Source: Bugula neritina
Taxonomy: Eukaryota > Animalia > Bryozoa
Length of the DNA stretch: 64,000 nucleotides
NCBI GenBank assembly: GCA_964035545.1
Contig: OZ037770.1
Coordinates: 4,806,662 to 4,870,661, forward strand
Reading direction: 5' to 3'
This document shows positions 39,761-54,500 of the stretch, piece after piece. The notes under the pieces were generated by a model. It saw only the letters and a program-made list of their open reading frames with translations, ran no database searches and had not been told where the DNA came from. Position 1 is the first letter of the stretch. Each line of letters starts with the position of its first letter. A program made the position numbers and the translations under genes.

Positions 39761-40764
39761 AGTGGTGTCTGCAGGCTGACAATGTTTGCACATATTAGGC
39801 TTATTTTACCATTGTATAAGTATATGATTTCACCTGTGAAATTTGCCTGGTTTACCTAGCTTATGATGTCATTTCCTGTCACTTTACACTCTTGCAGTGT
39901 TTCATTTCACTGTATATCATATAATGATTATTTTAATTGATTTGTTTGTTTTGTTTGTTTGATTTGTTTTGATTATTTCAATTATATATAATTGTTGTCT
40001 ATTAATTCAACGTTATTTACTAGTTATTTATACCTCACCTACAATCTCAGCGCTAGTTTACTAAATTTTGCTTATATTATTACGGTTCAATTATTTCTGA
40101 CCAATATATAATGCAAACACCTGTTCTTTATTTTGAAGGTAATTAGTTGTAATGCTTTTTCTCCGTTAGTCATCAGCATTATTGCCTTTTTCAATTTTTT
40201 CATCTAAAATTCAATTTTATACTCTATGAATAAATTGTATGTGTTTATTATGAACCAAGTCATTTATGAGTTCTAATAATTACACTCAAACGTAGAACTT
40301 TGTTTAGTTTTGAAAGACAAATTTATTGTCTAAAAGTTTGAAGCTAAAGAAACTAGTAAAAAGTTTCGATCTTTCATGGCAGCTGGTTGATAGAACATTT
40401 CAGCTGTAAAACGTACATTTAGGTTGGATAATAAACTTATTATAATTGGCGTGTTTACAATTCTACAAAAAATGGTAAAAGTGTGGCTATACGTTGTGTG
40501 ACAGCTATAGTTAATGCCTAATACTTGAATAAATAAAATTCAGTTAGTTTGCACAATTTTTTTAACTATGCTTATTTCTCCCTAAAACTTTGTTAATTTA
40601 GTGGTAAACAATTTTCTATAGCAGCATATTTTATTGAATGCATAGAAAGGCAAAATATTCTATTGATCTAAAGAACATAATTATACTCCGATATGTGATA
40701 CAGTATAAATATTATACTTATTTATATAATTGACAAATGAATACAGCTGCGTAGTGAAAAATAA

Positions 40765-40815
40765 TTGCCTGGCTGGGATTCGAACCCGTGACCTCTGGCT
40801 AACAAGTACACCACT
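40765..40815 (-). mobile_element. tRNA-derived SINE / pseudo-tRNA fragment
   Basis: Reverse strand has AGAGGTCACGGGTTCGAATCCCAGCC (B-box/T-arm); the 5' half of a cloverleaf is missing. Confidence 0.5.
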
Positions 40816-43800
40816 GGACTTCTATAGGTATATTCACATGCAACACTACACATAGATGTGGTTTAAAAGTTTTTGAAAGTATTGTTGATATCCATTATAA
40901 TAATGAGTATTGACATAGTTTAGTAAAAGCAGTATTCAGTGACCAATTTTGATAATGTCTCTCTATGTGTTCAAAGTTGCATTTTATGTAACCGTTTCAG
41001 AATGAAATTTTGTTCAGTAGATGCACAGATTTTCAAATTTTACTAGTGGTTATACTTTTACATATTTCATTGTCCTAAATATTATAATATGGATATACAA
41101 TATATGTATCATTTACTAAAGAAATATTACTTTGAGACCTACAAATATTATTGATATAATGGTGACTTAACGTCATATATATCAGAATTCACTCTTAATT
41201 GCCTGCCACCAGATTTGTTGGAAAAACAATTAGCATGAAGTTCAGCATGAAATTATTTGATGCTATAATATGGATTATGTATTTCATTACGGAGAAAGGA
41301 TAGGCTGAGTCAAACGCTGCAGTTGTGTTCTATACTATGTATTTGTTATCACAAGGGGATCATCAGGTGAGCAGAAACTCTGCATATTTCAAGTTGATAA
41401 ATTTTGTGTGTAGTAATACCCATGTCAGATCAACAGCTATATTTGAATGTTTGACATTTTCGAACATGTAGAATGCTACATTGTAGTATAATATCATAAT
41501 AAAATAGTATATTGAATATTATAGACAGTGACTAGTGAGAAAGTTGTCTCCCCTAATGCATTCCAATACACTCATCAGCTTGCAAAGTTAGAACAAATCA
41601 CACATAACTCCTCAATTATTAATTAATACAATAATATAAATATATTAAACTAGTATATTATTGATTATTGGCGCAGATAGATGAAAACAATGAAAGCTGT
41701 ATTTAGCCGCGAGAAGAAAACTCTACAGTGCAAATAATAGATAGCGCATCGTTTCTAACCAAAGTGAGTATTTGCTTTTCTTTACCGTTTCCGACTTACT
41801 TCCTAGCTGACCAAGAGTCACGAAATTCCCAACTCGTTAATTTTTAATCCACCATTCCCTGTTATGGTAGTTTCATTTATTTTTTCTTGTTTTCAAATTG
41901 CTGTATTAAAATAATTAGGTGCATAAGTGTGAATTATGATAATCTCTACAATGGCACGTAATCGTTTTGATTATCAGGTTATACATATAGTTATACTGAT
42001 ACTTATAGTTATATTATTTATAACTTATAAGTTATAACTATAACTATAAGTTACAGTTATACCTATTGGTTATACTTATACTAATAATTATACTTATACT
42101 TATAGTTACAGCAATAACTTATTAGTTATCATTAATATTATGATTGTGATATCATTATCACCATTATGATAAATTGATTATGGTTTAGAAAACCATAATC
42201 ATAATGATAATTACTTTTACTTTATCAATATTATTATGATTATTGTTATCATTATCATCATTATGGCGTTAATATTACTACTACTATTAGGCTAAATATA
42301 ATGATAATCATAACGATTAAGTTAAGCTGATTATGCCTGGTATTCATATTGATATAGTGATATACTCACAGTCATACCGTATATAGTAATACTGATAGTA
42401 ACAGTGAATAACAGAATAAGCGATAATATTAGCAATGCTGATTATAGTTTTGTTTACAATCACAATAATGTAATATGAGTAACATAAGCATTAATGGTTA
42501 TCAGCATAGTCTATTACTCTATAGCAATAGTATTGCTATAACTATTAGTATTAGTTATCATTAATAATTCTAATGATACTGTTAGTATTATACAACTTGT
42601 AATACGAATATAGATATATGATAATTTGATATTAACCATATATCCATGACCAGAATGATAATGTAATGCTAATACTAATAATAATACTGAAAATAAGTAA
42701 GACTCTGGATATCAGTATCAATATAAATATGATTGTTTATAATATTGTTATGTACTATTTGTATTAGTATGCATCATAGTGATATTTATTGATATTTATG
42801 ATAATTATTGACCATTACTATGCCAACACTTAGCTTTATTGTTTATATTAAGCCTAATGACTATGCTGATTATTATATATTTTATCTGCAGTACCCACGG
42901 CAACACCCGTAGGCAATTTTGTTTAATAGTTAGGATTGAACTATATCATGATATTTTAAATTAATTTGATATTTTTTTGGCAATAACCAAATGCATAAAC
43001 AAAGCCACATGTTGATAGTGTAATTGTTGATTGTTTCTTAAACTTCAAATTGATTCTTCTTACAGTGTTTCTTCGAAGTTTTTACTCCAATATATGTCAG
43101 AAAGTTTGCCATCTGCGTCTGCATGTAAAATTGCATAGTTTTTAACATGATTAAAATAGTTTTGTAATCTTTTAGTGCATTAGTGAGCTCTTGTACTTGG
43201 TTTTCACAAATTGCGTTATTCTAGATACACTCTAACATGTGTCAGATTGTATTTCAGTCATTAAATAAATCAAGCTGTTCAAGTTTATGCAGCTATGGAA
43301 GTATCATCACTGCTGCTTAGGCTGGTTTTAGTTATTGAACTTTGTTAGAGGTTGTTGCGTAGCATTCCTTGTTGGTTTGAGTCATGTTTATGTGTGTTCT
43401 AGCTACATTGCTTGTCTCAATACGATATAGTATGTCATTGTTTAACAACTATATGGTAATATTTGAAGAAACTTGTGTGACAAAGCAAACTAAATCATCT
43501 CAAGGTGTGTTCTCAGCTTCATGAGTGTTTTCATGTTTGCTAAAATTTAGTTTTGAGGCTATTGTTATAGCCATAGGTTAAGTTGTTTTTATGTAAAGGT
43601 TTTCATCACTTTAGTATCTGTAATTGTTTTATATAATTTGTTTTAGTGATCTCCTAATCTTTATTATAAGTTAATTTAATGAACACCATCCATTAGTATT
43701 TCCAGTTCATCTGCCTTGAGATCCGCAGCTTCTTTAGGATTTTCTGTTTCCAACATATAAATTATTTCACAGGCAACAAAATAGCTTTATATTACTGAGA

Positions 43801-43946
43801 ATGGTGGATAGATTTTTTGCAATAGGAAATATGTGTTTAACAAACCACTTAATCAAAGTGTATGTGTTAACCAAATAAGATATTTGATTTAAGGATGTTG
43901 TATTTGCATAAATCAATTTATAAGTTAGCTATATATAGCTATGGTT

Positions 43947-43974
43947 CTGCTCTAACCCCTAGGGGTTAGAGCAG
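43947..43974. repeat. Perfect 28-bp palindrome CTGCTCTAACCCCTAGGGGTTAGAGCAG
   Basis: Direct reading; a 16-bp palindrome TAGCTATATATAGCTA lies just upstream at 43926-43941. Confidence 0.85.
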
Positions 43975-44418
43975 TTGTCTATAGTAAACACAAACTTCGG
44001 GGTGGGAGTTTAATAAACGCCATTGGTGATGTTAGAAAGAGCATCCAGTCATAATTGCTCCTGTGCCCACCTAAATAGGTCTTTAACCCAATCTAACAAA
44101 AGCCCTTCCATCAGGGTTTTCCCCAAAGATGATGACTATAAACTTGTGGTAGTTTTTCAATATGACTATGGCTATGCCATAGTCATAATGGTATGCTATA
44201 CTAGTTGGCTCATCCATTACTTGTTTTGACTGCCTTTGTTTTTATGGTTTGCTTCTCACAGAGATAAATATTCTTTTTATAGATGACTGTATGTGTTTGA
44301 GTGTAAGAAAAAATGTCGAATCTACTGGTTCAGCCTCCAACTGGTGGATCTCTGGGTATGTGTATTTAAACTATTTATTCAACTCCTGACTTGGCGGATT
44401 GTCACTGTGAATAGTTGG

Positions 44419-45090
44419 CACTAATATTCTACCTTACACTAATACTCTACCTTACACTAATATTCTACCTTACACTAATATTCTACCTTACACTAATATT
44501 CTACCTTACACTAATAGTCTACCTTACAATAATACTCTACCTTACGCTAATGGTCTACCTTACACTAATAGTCTACCTTGCACTAATATTCTACCTTACA
44601 CTAATATTCTACCTTACACTAATATTCTACCTTACACTAATATTCTACCTTACACTAATATTCTACCTTACACTAATATTCTACCTTACACTAATAGTCT
44701 ACCTTACACTAATAGTCTACCTTACACTAATATTCTACCTTACAATAATATTCTACCTTGCACTAATATTCTACCTTGCACTAATATTCTACCTTACACT
44801 ACTAGTCTACCTTGCACTAATAGTCTACCTTACACTACTAGTCTACCATACACTAATATTCTACCTTACACTAATATTCTACCTTGCACTAATATGCTAC
44901 CTTGCACTAATAGTCTACCTTACACTACTAGTCTACCATACACTAATAGTCTACCTTACACTAATATTCTACCTTACACTACTAGTCTACCTTACACTAA
45001 TAGTCTACCTTACACTAATATTCTACCTTACACTAATAGTTTACCTTGCACTAATATTCTACCTTGCACTAATAGTCTAGCTTACACTAA
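44419..45090. repeat. 18-bp minisatellite (cactaatattctacctta), about 37 units
   Basis: Direct reading; it accounts for the (LIFYLT)n and (LPYTNS)n ORFs. Confidence 0.95.
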
Positions 45091-45556
45091 GCCTAGGGCC
45101 ACACGGTGCGTATTTTCGCATGCGAAAATTGAAATTACAAGTAGCAAAGGTGTCAAACTCTCATCTCAAAAAAGTGACAGTTGCGTTCAGAGATCAGACA
45201 GTTGTGATGTCACAAAGGTCAACGAGTTCACAGTGGCAGCCTCATAATACTGTTTTATGTCACTAATTAGCGTATTGCTTTGAAACTGGTACAACAGACA
45301 AAATTATGCAAGCAGTTGGGTTAGAGTTGTCTTATCTCAACAGAATAAACACTGAACTATAAACTATACATTAAATGATTATTTAGAAAGAATACAAAGC
45401 TATCTAATAAAATATATGTTACTCATGGTTATGATTACTGAAATCCACCATATAATTAATATATTCGATCAGTAGATGACAGGTGTCAGAATGATAGACA
45501 GGACCTGTGAGCACTGTGTAATAATCATTTTGTCACTGTATGATGTTACAGAAAAT

Positions 45557-48500
45557 ATGGGAATCTGGTTGAGACATTCTGGACAGCCTCCTGTAGACTG
45601 GTCAGATGTACAGTCTGCTAATACCAAGTCATATACTATTGCTGAGGTGAAACGTGAAGTTGGGAGTTATGATATCACAGATCTCAAACTAGAGGGAACA
45701 ATTCCAAGTAACATTGGAGAGATTGCTGGTAAAGCCATGTGTCTATGTGTTTCTAACCTGACTGACAGAGCAAGTCTAGACAAGTGAGTGTCTATTAAAT
45801 AGCTGTGTAAATGTTAAACAAGTTTATTTGTGTTATTTATTAAATAATAATGGATAATAGACACTGAAGCTGAGGCATATTTTTGCTCATAATATATGCG
45901 TACAACATAATATACATCAACATAGTAATATGTCCAAGAGAACCTGTCTCTACTGTTATTTGATAGTGTTGACTGAATGATGTTTCATGTATATATATAG
46001 CTAAAAACTGGAGTAATGTACAGTTTGTAATATATTATACAGAAGATTATGTTTTGTCATCAACTGCAAATTTACAATCCTAAACATTAGTCAATATAAT
46101 AACTTACATAGCAATTTAGAGTGAGGCCTCATGTACTATAAACTAACAGCTAACCTTGCATAATGAAGCTTCCTCTCCTCACTTACAACAGAATATAACT
46201 GAAACTCTTTGGTGTTTTTTGCAACAATATATCTGTTTCCTGCATGTTTTTTCTGTTAAATACGCAATTAGCATAATATAATAGTATATTTTATTTTGAT
46301 ATGGTAAACATAAATACATGACACACTTTATATTACAGTCTATGCCAGCTGACTCAGTTAGAGAAACTAGACATAGGATATAATCCTCTCAACACAGTAC
46401 CAGAAGTTGTGTCATCACTTACATCACTTGAGGAGTTAAATGTGGAAAACTGTAAAATAGCTACTCTACCTGAGAGGTTTCTGTGTCGCAGTCTTTTTTG
46501 TTTCAAACACTCAATGATTCACATGTTGATATAATGCTTACGAAGTATGGCGAATTAGTATGTCACTATGTATTGTTGAAAAGCATAAAGCTATAAATTA
46601 CAATTTTCTTGAAGCTATATGATATTAGAATTTTCTCAAAACTTGAAAATATTGTAAATATGTTTCAGTTATCTGGCATTACATTTTCATTGCTATAAAA
46701 CCTTGTTCAACAAATACTATAGCACCCACTTGTAGTTTACTAAAATCTAGTTCATGTTAAATGCTTTTTAGCTTTTGCTATTTTACTTTAAATTTGCTTT
46801 GTTGCAATAAATATGTTTCTTGGATATTTTACCTGATTGAATACACAAGTATCGTATATACAGTATATAATAATATCCTTATACAGTGGATTACATATAT
46901 TATGCACTTTATATTACAGTCTATGTCAGCTGACTCAGTTAGAGAAATTTAACATAGAAGGGAATTCTCTCCACACAGTACCAGAAGTTGTGTCATCACT
47001 CGCATCACTTAAAGAGTTGAATATGTGGGGCTGTGAATTATCTACTCTACCTGGGAGGTTTTGTATTGCACAATATTATCTCTGTTTCAAACATTCAATA
47101 TTTCACTTCTTTAATGCTTATCAAGTAGTGTTATGCTATTTTATTATATATTGCCAACGTATGTTAAAAAACCTATAGATATGCATTTTCGAACTTGTCC
47201 AATAGTTTGTCGCAAGGTGGAAATAATACAGCATTATGGTATGCTATTGTATATCCTTATATCACAAGAACCTTTTGTAATGAATAATAAAACAGCCATC
47301 TGCAGTTTACTGGCAATCATGGTAATAATCGAATCATTCTTAGCTTCTTGCGTCAATCACTTTGACTATCCATTACCGGAATGAATTTTTTTCTGAACTT
47401 TTTACCTGACTGACTGTGCTTAGCAATATAACATGTACAGTGTATATTATTATGACACAGTAGACTACATATATCATACCCTTTATAATTATTGCAGTCT
47501 ATGCCAGCTGACTCAGTTAGAGAAACTAATTTTAAGAGGAAATCCTCTCAACACAATACCAGAAGTTGTGTCATCGCTCACATCACTTAAGGAGTTGTAT
47601 ATGGGGAACTGTAAATTATCTACTCTACCTGAGAGGTTTGTGGAACACAGTCTTTCTTGTTTCAAACACTCAATAATTCACATGTTGATATAATGCTTAC
47701 CAAGTATTGCTAATTAGTATGTCACTATGTATAGTTGAAAAGCATAAAGCTATAAATTACAATTTTCTTGAGGCTATATTGTATTTGAGTTTCTCAAAAC
47801 TTGAAAATAAATATGTTTCAGTTTTCTGGCATTACATTTCCTATTGCCATAAAAAGTTCTTCAACAAATACTATAGCACCGCTTGTACTTTACTAGAATC
47901 TATTTCATATTAAATGTCTTTTACTTTAAATATGCCTTGTCAAAATAATTTTTTTTTGCATGTTATACCATATTGAATACACCACTGTAGTATACAGAGT
48001 ACATAATATTATCCTGATACAGTGGATTGCATATATTATGCACTTTATATTACAGTCTATGCCAGCTGACTCAGTTAGACAAACTAGACATAGGATGGAA
48101 TCCTCTCAACACAGTACCAGAAGTTGTGTCATCACTCACATCACTTAAAGAGTTGTATATGGGGAACTGTAAATTGTCTACTCTACCTGAGAGGTTTGTG
48201 GAGCACAGTCTTTCTTGTTTCAAACACTCAAAAATTCACATGTTGATATAATGCTTACCAAGTATTGCTAATTAGTATGTCACTATGTATTGTTGAAAAG
48301 CATAAAGCTATAAATTACAATTTTCTTGAGGCTATATTATAATATTAGATTTTCTGAAAACTTGAAAATAAATATGTTTCAGTTATCTGGCATCACATTT
48401 CCTATTACTATGAAACCTTCTCCAACAAATACTATAGCACTCGTTTGTAGATTACTAGAATCTATTTCACATTAAATGCTTATTAGGTTTCGGTATTTCA

Positions 48501-51500
48501 CTTTGAATTTGCTTTGTTGCAATAAATTTGTTTCTTGGATATTTTACTTGATTGAATACACAAGTAGTATATACTATTATCATGATACAGTGGATTAAAC
48601 ACATAACACACTTTATATTACAGTCTATGTCAGCTGACTCAGTTAGAGAAACTAGACATAGGAATGAATCCTCTCAACACAGTACCAGAAGTTGTGTCAT
48701 CACTCACATCACTTAAAGAGTTGTATATGGGGAACTGTAAATTGTCTACTCTACCTGAGAGGTTTGTGGAGCACAGTCTTTCTTGTTTCAAACACTCAAA
48801 AATTCACATGTTGATATAATGCTTACCAAGTATTGCTAATTAGTATGTCACTATGTATTGTTGAAAAGCATAAAGCTATAAATTACAATTTTCTTGAGGC
48901 TATATTATAATATTAGATTTTCTGAAAACTTGAAAATAAATATGTTTCAGTTATCTGGCATCACATTTCCTATTACTATGAAACCTTCTCCAACAAATAC
49001 TATAGCACTCGTTTGTAGATTACTAGAATCTATTTCACATTAAATGCTTATTAGGTTTCGGTATTTCACTTTGAATTTGCTTTGTTGCAATAAATTTGTT
49101 TCTTGGATATTTTACTTGATTGAATACACAAGTAGTATATACTATTATCATGATACAGTGGATTAAACACATAACACACTTTATATTACAGTCTATGTCA
49201 GCTGACTCAGTTAGAGAAACTAGACATAGGAATGAATCCTCTCAACACAGTACCAGAAGTTGTGTCATCACTCACATCACTTAAAGAGTTGTATATGGGG
49301 AACTGTAAATTGTCTACTCTACCTGAGAGGTTTGTGGAGCACAGTCTTTCTTGTTTCAAACACTCAAAAATTCACATGTTGATATAATGCTTACCAAGTA
49401 TTGCTAATTAGTATGTCACTATGTATTGTTGAAAAGCATAAAGCTATAAATTACAATTTTCTTGAGGCTATATTATAATATTAGATTTTCTGAAAACTTG
49501 AAAATAAATATGTTTCAGTTATCTGGCATCACATTTCCTATTACTATGAAACCTTCTCCAACAAATACTATAGCACTCGTTTGTAGATTACTAGAATCTA
49601 TTTCACATTAAATGCTTATTAGGTTTCGGTATTTCACTTTGAATTTGCTTTGTTGCAATAAATTTGTTTCTTGGATATTTTACTTGATTGAATACACAAG
49701 TAGTATATACTATTATCATGATACAGTGGATTAAACACATAACACACTTTATATTACAGTCTGTGTCAGCTGACTCAGTTAGAGGAACTATACATAGGAC
49801 ACAATCCTCTCAACACAGTACCAGAAGTTGTGTCATCACTCACATCACTTAAAGAGTTGAATATGTGGTACTGTGAATTATCTACTCTACCTGAGAGGTT
49901 TGTATTGCACAATATTATCTCTGTTTCAAACATTCAATATTTCACTTCTTTAATGCTTATCAAGTAGTGTTATGCTATTTTATTATATATTGCCAACGTA
50001 TGTTAAAAAACCTATAGATATGCATTTTCGAACTTGTCCAATAGTTTGTCCTAAGGTGGAAATAATACAGCCTCATGGTATGCCATTGTATATCCTTATA
50101 TCACAAGAACCTTTTGTAATGAATAATAAAACAGCCATCTGCAGTTTACTGGCAATCATGGTAATAATCGAATCTTTCTTAGCTTCTTGTATCAATCACT
50201 TTGACTATCCTTTACCGGAATGAATTTTTTTCTGAACTTTTTACCTGACTGACTGTGCTTAGCAATATAACATGTACAGTGTATATTATTATGACACAGT
50301 AGACTACATATATCATACCCTTTATAATTATTACAGTCTATGCCAGCTGACTCAGTTAGAGAAACTAAAGTTAAGAGGAAATCCTCTCAACACAATACCA
50401 GAAGTTGTGTCATCACTCACATCACTTAAAGAGTTGAATATGGGGAACTGTAAATTGTCTACTCTACCTGAGAGGTTTGTGGAGCACAGTCTTTCTTGTT
50501 TCAAACACTCAAAAATTCACATGTTGTTATAATGCTTACCAAGTATTGCTAATTAGTATGTCACTATGTATTGTTGAAAAGCACAAAGCTATAAATTACA
50601 TATTTCTTGAGGCTATATTGAATTAGAGTTTCTCATTACTTGAAAATAAATATGTTTCAGTTATCTGTCATTACATTTCCTATCGCTATAAAACTTTTTT
50701 AACAAATATTATAGCATCCACTTGTAGTTTACTATAGTGTGTATTTCTCATTAAATGGTTATTAGAGCCTTCTGTACTTTACTATGAATATGCCTTAGCG
50801 TAATAAATTTGCTATTTGGATATTTTACTTGATTGAATATGCAGTGTTTGTTATGATACAATAAATTAAATATATCACATACTTCTTATTACAGCCTGAG
50901 CCAGCTGACTCAGTTAGAGAAACTAGACATAGGATGGAATCCTCTCAACACAATACCAGAAGTTGTGTCATCACTTAAAGAGTTGGATATGGAAGGCTGT
51001 AAATTATCTACTCTACCTGAGAGGTTTGTGTGTCACTACAAATTTTATATCATTTTTAACGTTCAATAATTGTTATTTTGAAGCAGAATTTCAACACAGT
51101 AACTACTACATTAAGATGTTTATACTTTTTCTCTGCAAACCCCCATACGAATCTTAACGTTTCAGAGGATATTGTCAATTAGCACACTATCAGTTGTATA
51201 GTTGATTATTATTCACACACTGAGTATATATAATAATTGAATACTTGTATGCTATTATAATAAACTGTTAACTTCTCATGCTCTGCATGTAATATGCTAC
51301 AATAAGTTGCTTGGTTGTTAAATTGTATATAGTTTTACCTGGTTGAAAACAAAATGTGAATACAGTATAAAGTTTTATGGTAATGCAGACCACATATATA
51401 TCATACACTTTATATTACAGCCTGTGTCAGCTGACTCAGTTAGAGAAACTAAACATAGGAAGTAATCCTCTCAACACAGTACCAGAAGTTGTGTCATCAC

Positions 51501-54500
51501 TCACCTCACTTAAAGAGTTGGATATGTGGAACTGTAGATTATCTACTCTACCTCAGAGGTTTGTGTGTTACAATAATTATTTCTTTTGTTTTAAACATTC
51601 TATATTTCACTTCTTTAATGCTTCTCAAGTAGTGTTATGCTATGATATCATATATTGCCAACGTATGTTGAAAAACATAAACATGTATTTTTTTAACTTA
51701 TCTAGTTGTTTGTCCTAATGTAGAAATAATACAATTTTATAGTGAGCCATTGTATATCCTTACATCACAATACTTTTTGTAATCAAAAATAAAGCAGGCC
51801 TCTGCAGTTTACTGACAATCATGGTAATAATCGAATCTTTCTTAGCTTCTTGCGTCAAGCACTTTGACTATCCATTACCGGAATGAATTTTTTTTCTGCA
51901 TTTCTTACTTGGCTGACTGTGCTTAGCAATATAATATGTACAGTGTATATTATTATGACACAGGAGACTACATATATCATACCCTTTATAATTATTGCAG
52001 TCTATGCCAGCTGACTCAGTTAGAGAAACTAGACATAGTAGATAATCCTCTCAACACAGTACCAGAAGTTGTGTCATCGCTCACATCACTTAAAGAGTTG
52101 GATATGAGGATCTGTGAATTATCTACTCTACCTGAGAGGTTTGTGGAACACAGTCTTTCTTGTTTCAAACATTCAATAATTCACATGTTGATATAATGGT
52201 TACCAAGTATTGCTAATTAGTATGTCACTATGTATAGTTGAAAAGCATAAAGCTATAAATTACAATTTTCTTGAGGCTATATTGTATTTGAGTTTCTCAA
52301 AACTTGAAAATAAATATGTTTCAGTTTTCTGGCATTACATTTCCTATTGCCATAAAAAGTTCTTCAACAAATACTATAGCACCGCTTGTACTTTACTAGA
52401 ATCTATTTCAGATTAAATGTCTTTTACTTTAAATATGCCTTGTCAAAATAAATTTTTTTTGCATGTTATACCATATTGAATACACCACTGTAGTATACAC
52501 AGTACATAATATTATCCTGATACAGTGGATTGCATATATTATGCACTTTATATTACAGTCTATGTCAGTTGACTCAGTTAGAGAAACTAGACATAAGAAG
52601 AAATCCTCTCAACACAGTACCAGAAGTTGTGTTATCACTCACCTCACTTAAAGAGTTGTATATGTGGAACTGTGGTTTATCTACTCTACCTCAGAGGTTT
52701 GTGTGTTACAATAATTATTTCTTTTGTTTTAAACATTCTATATTTCACTTCTTTAATGCTTATCAAGTAGTGTTATGCTATGATATCATATATTGCCAAC
52801 GTATGTTGAAAAACATAAACATGTATTTTTTTAACTTATCTAGTTGTTTGTCCTAATGTAGAAATAATACAATTTTATAGTGAGCCATTGTATATCCTTA
52901 TATCACAGAACTTTTTGTAATCAAAAATAAAGCAGCCCTCTGCAGTTTACTGACAATCATGGTAATAATCGAATCTTTCTTAGCTTCTTGCGTCAAGCAC
53001 TTTGACTATCCATTACCGGAATGAATTTCTTTTCTGAACTTTTTACCTGGTTGACTGTGCTTAGCAATATAATATGTACAGTGTATATTATTATGACACA
53101 GGAGACTACATATATCATACCCTTTATAATTATTGCAGTCTATGCCAGCTGACTCAGTTAGAGAAACTACACATAGACGGAAATCCTCTCAACACAGTAC
53201 CAGAAGTTGTGACATCACTCACATCGCTTAAAGAGTTGGATATAAAGAGCTGTGAATTATCTACTCTACCTGAGAGGTTTGTGGAACACAGTCTTTTTTT
53301 TTAGTTTCAAATGTTCAATAATTCACATTTTGATATAATGCTTACCAAGTATTGGGAATTAGTATGTCACTATGTATTGTTGAAAAGCATAAAGTTATAA
53401 ATTACATATTTCTTGAGGCTATATTGAATTAGAGTTTCTCATTACTTGAAAATAAATATGTTTCAGTTATCTGTCATTACATTTCCTATCGCTATAAAAC
53501 TTTTTTAACAAATATTATAGCATCCACTTGTAGTTTACTATAGTGTGTATTTCTCATTAAATGGTTATTAGAGCCTTCTGTACTTTACTATGGATATCCC
53601 TTAGCGTAATAAATTTGCTATTTGGATATTTTACTTGATTGAATATGCAGTGTTTGTTATGATACAATAAATTAAATATATCACATACTTCTTATTACAG
53701 CCTGAGCCAGCTGACTAAGTTAGAGAAACTATACATAGGAGGGAATCCTCTCAACACAGTACCAGAAGTTGTGTCATCACTCACATCACTTAAAGAGTTG
53801 AATATGCAGAGCTGTGAATTATCTACTCTACCTGAGAGGTTTGTGTGCCACAACAAGTTTTATATATCACTTTTAACATTCAATAATTGTTATTTTGAAG
53901 CAGAATTTCAACACAGTAAATACTACATTAAGATGTTTATACTTTTTCTCTGCAAAAACTACATATGAATCTCACCGTTTCTGAGGATATTGTCAATTAG
54001 CACACTATCTAGAAGTTTCCTCTGCTTCACAAGTTATTTTATAGTGTTTCTATTTCTTTTTGAATATCTCCCATGATAGGTTGACTGGGCTGTTTTTCAG
54101 AAATCGTTTTAATAACTATTTTTGTTATATTATAATTATAGCTACTTCTGTACACATAATTAGCATATATATTACATTATTATAGTATCACAGTTTCTTT
54201 TTACTGTCTAATTGAATGCACAAGTGCTATATACAGTATCTACATAATATTATCCTGATACAGTGGATAACATATATCATGCACTTTATATTACAGTCTA
54301 TGTCAGCTGACTCAGTTAGAGAAACTATACTTAGGAGATAATCCTCTCAAGACAGTACCAGAAGTTGTGTCATCACTCACATCACTTAAAGAGTTGAATA
54401 TGTGGAGGTGTGAATTATCTAATCTACCTGAAAGGTTTGTGGAACACAGTCCTTCTTGTTTCAAACACTCAATAATTCACATGTTTTTATAATGCTTACC

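Noticed and set aside
40765-40815. tRNA gene
   Set aside because: Only the T-arm/B-box half is present; no full cloverleaf.
44415-45247. 221-aa (LIFYLT)n and 117-aa (LPYTNS)n ORFs
   Set aside because: By-products of a stop-free 18-bp minisatellite.
45557-45580. N-myristoylation signal at MGIWLRHS
   Set aside because: Gly2 is present but position 6 is Arg rather than Ser/Thr, and the start codon itself is unconfirmed.
47133-52416. Repeated intronic ORFs (MLFYYILPTY..., MLISMSLCIV...)
   Set aside because: They recur only because the introns are duplicated, and are broken in other copies.
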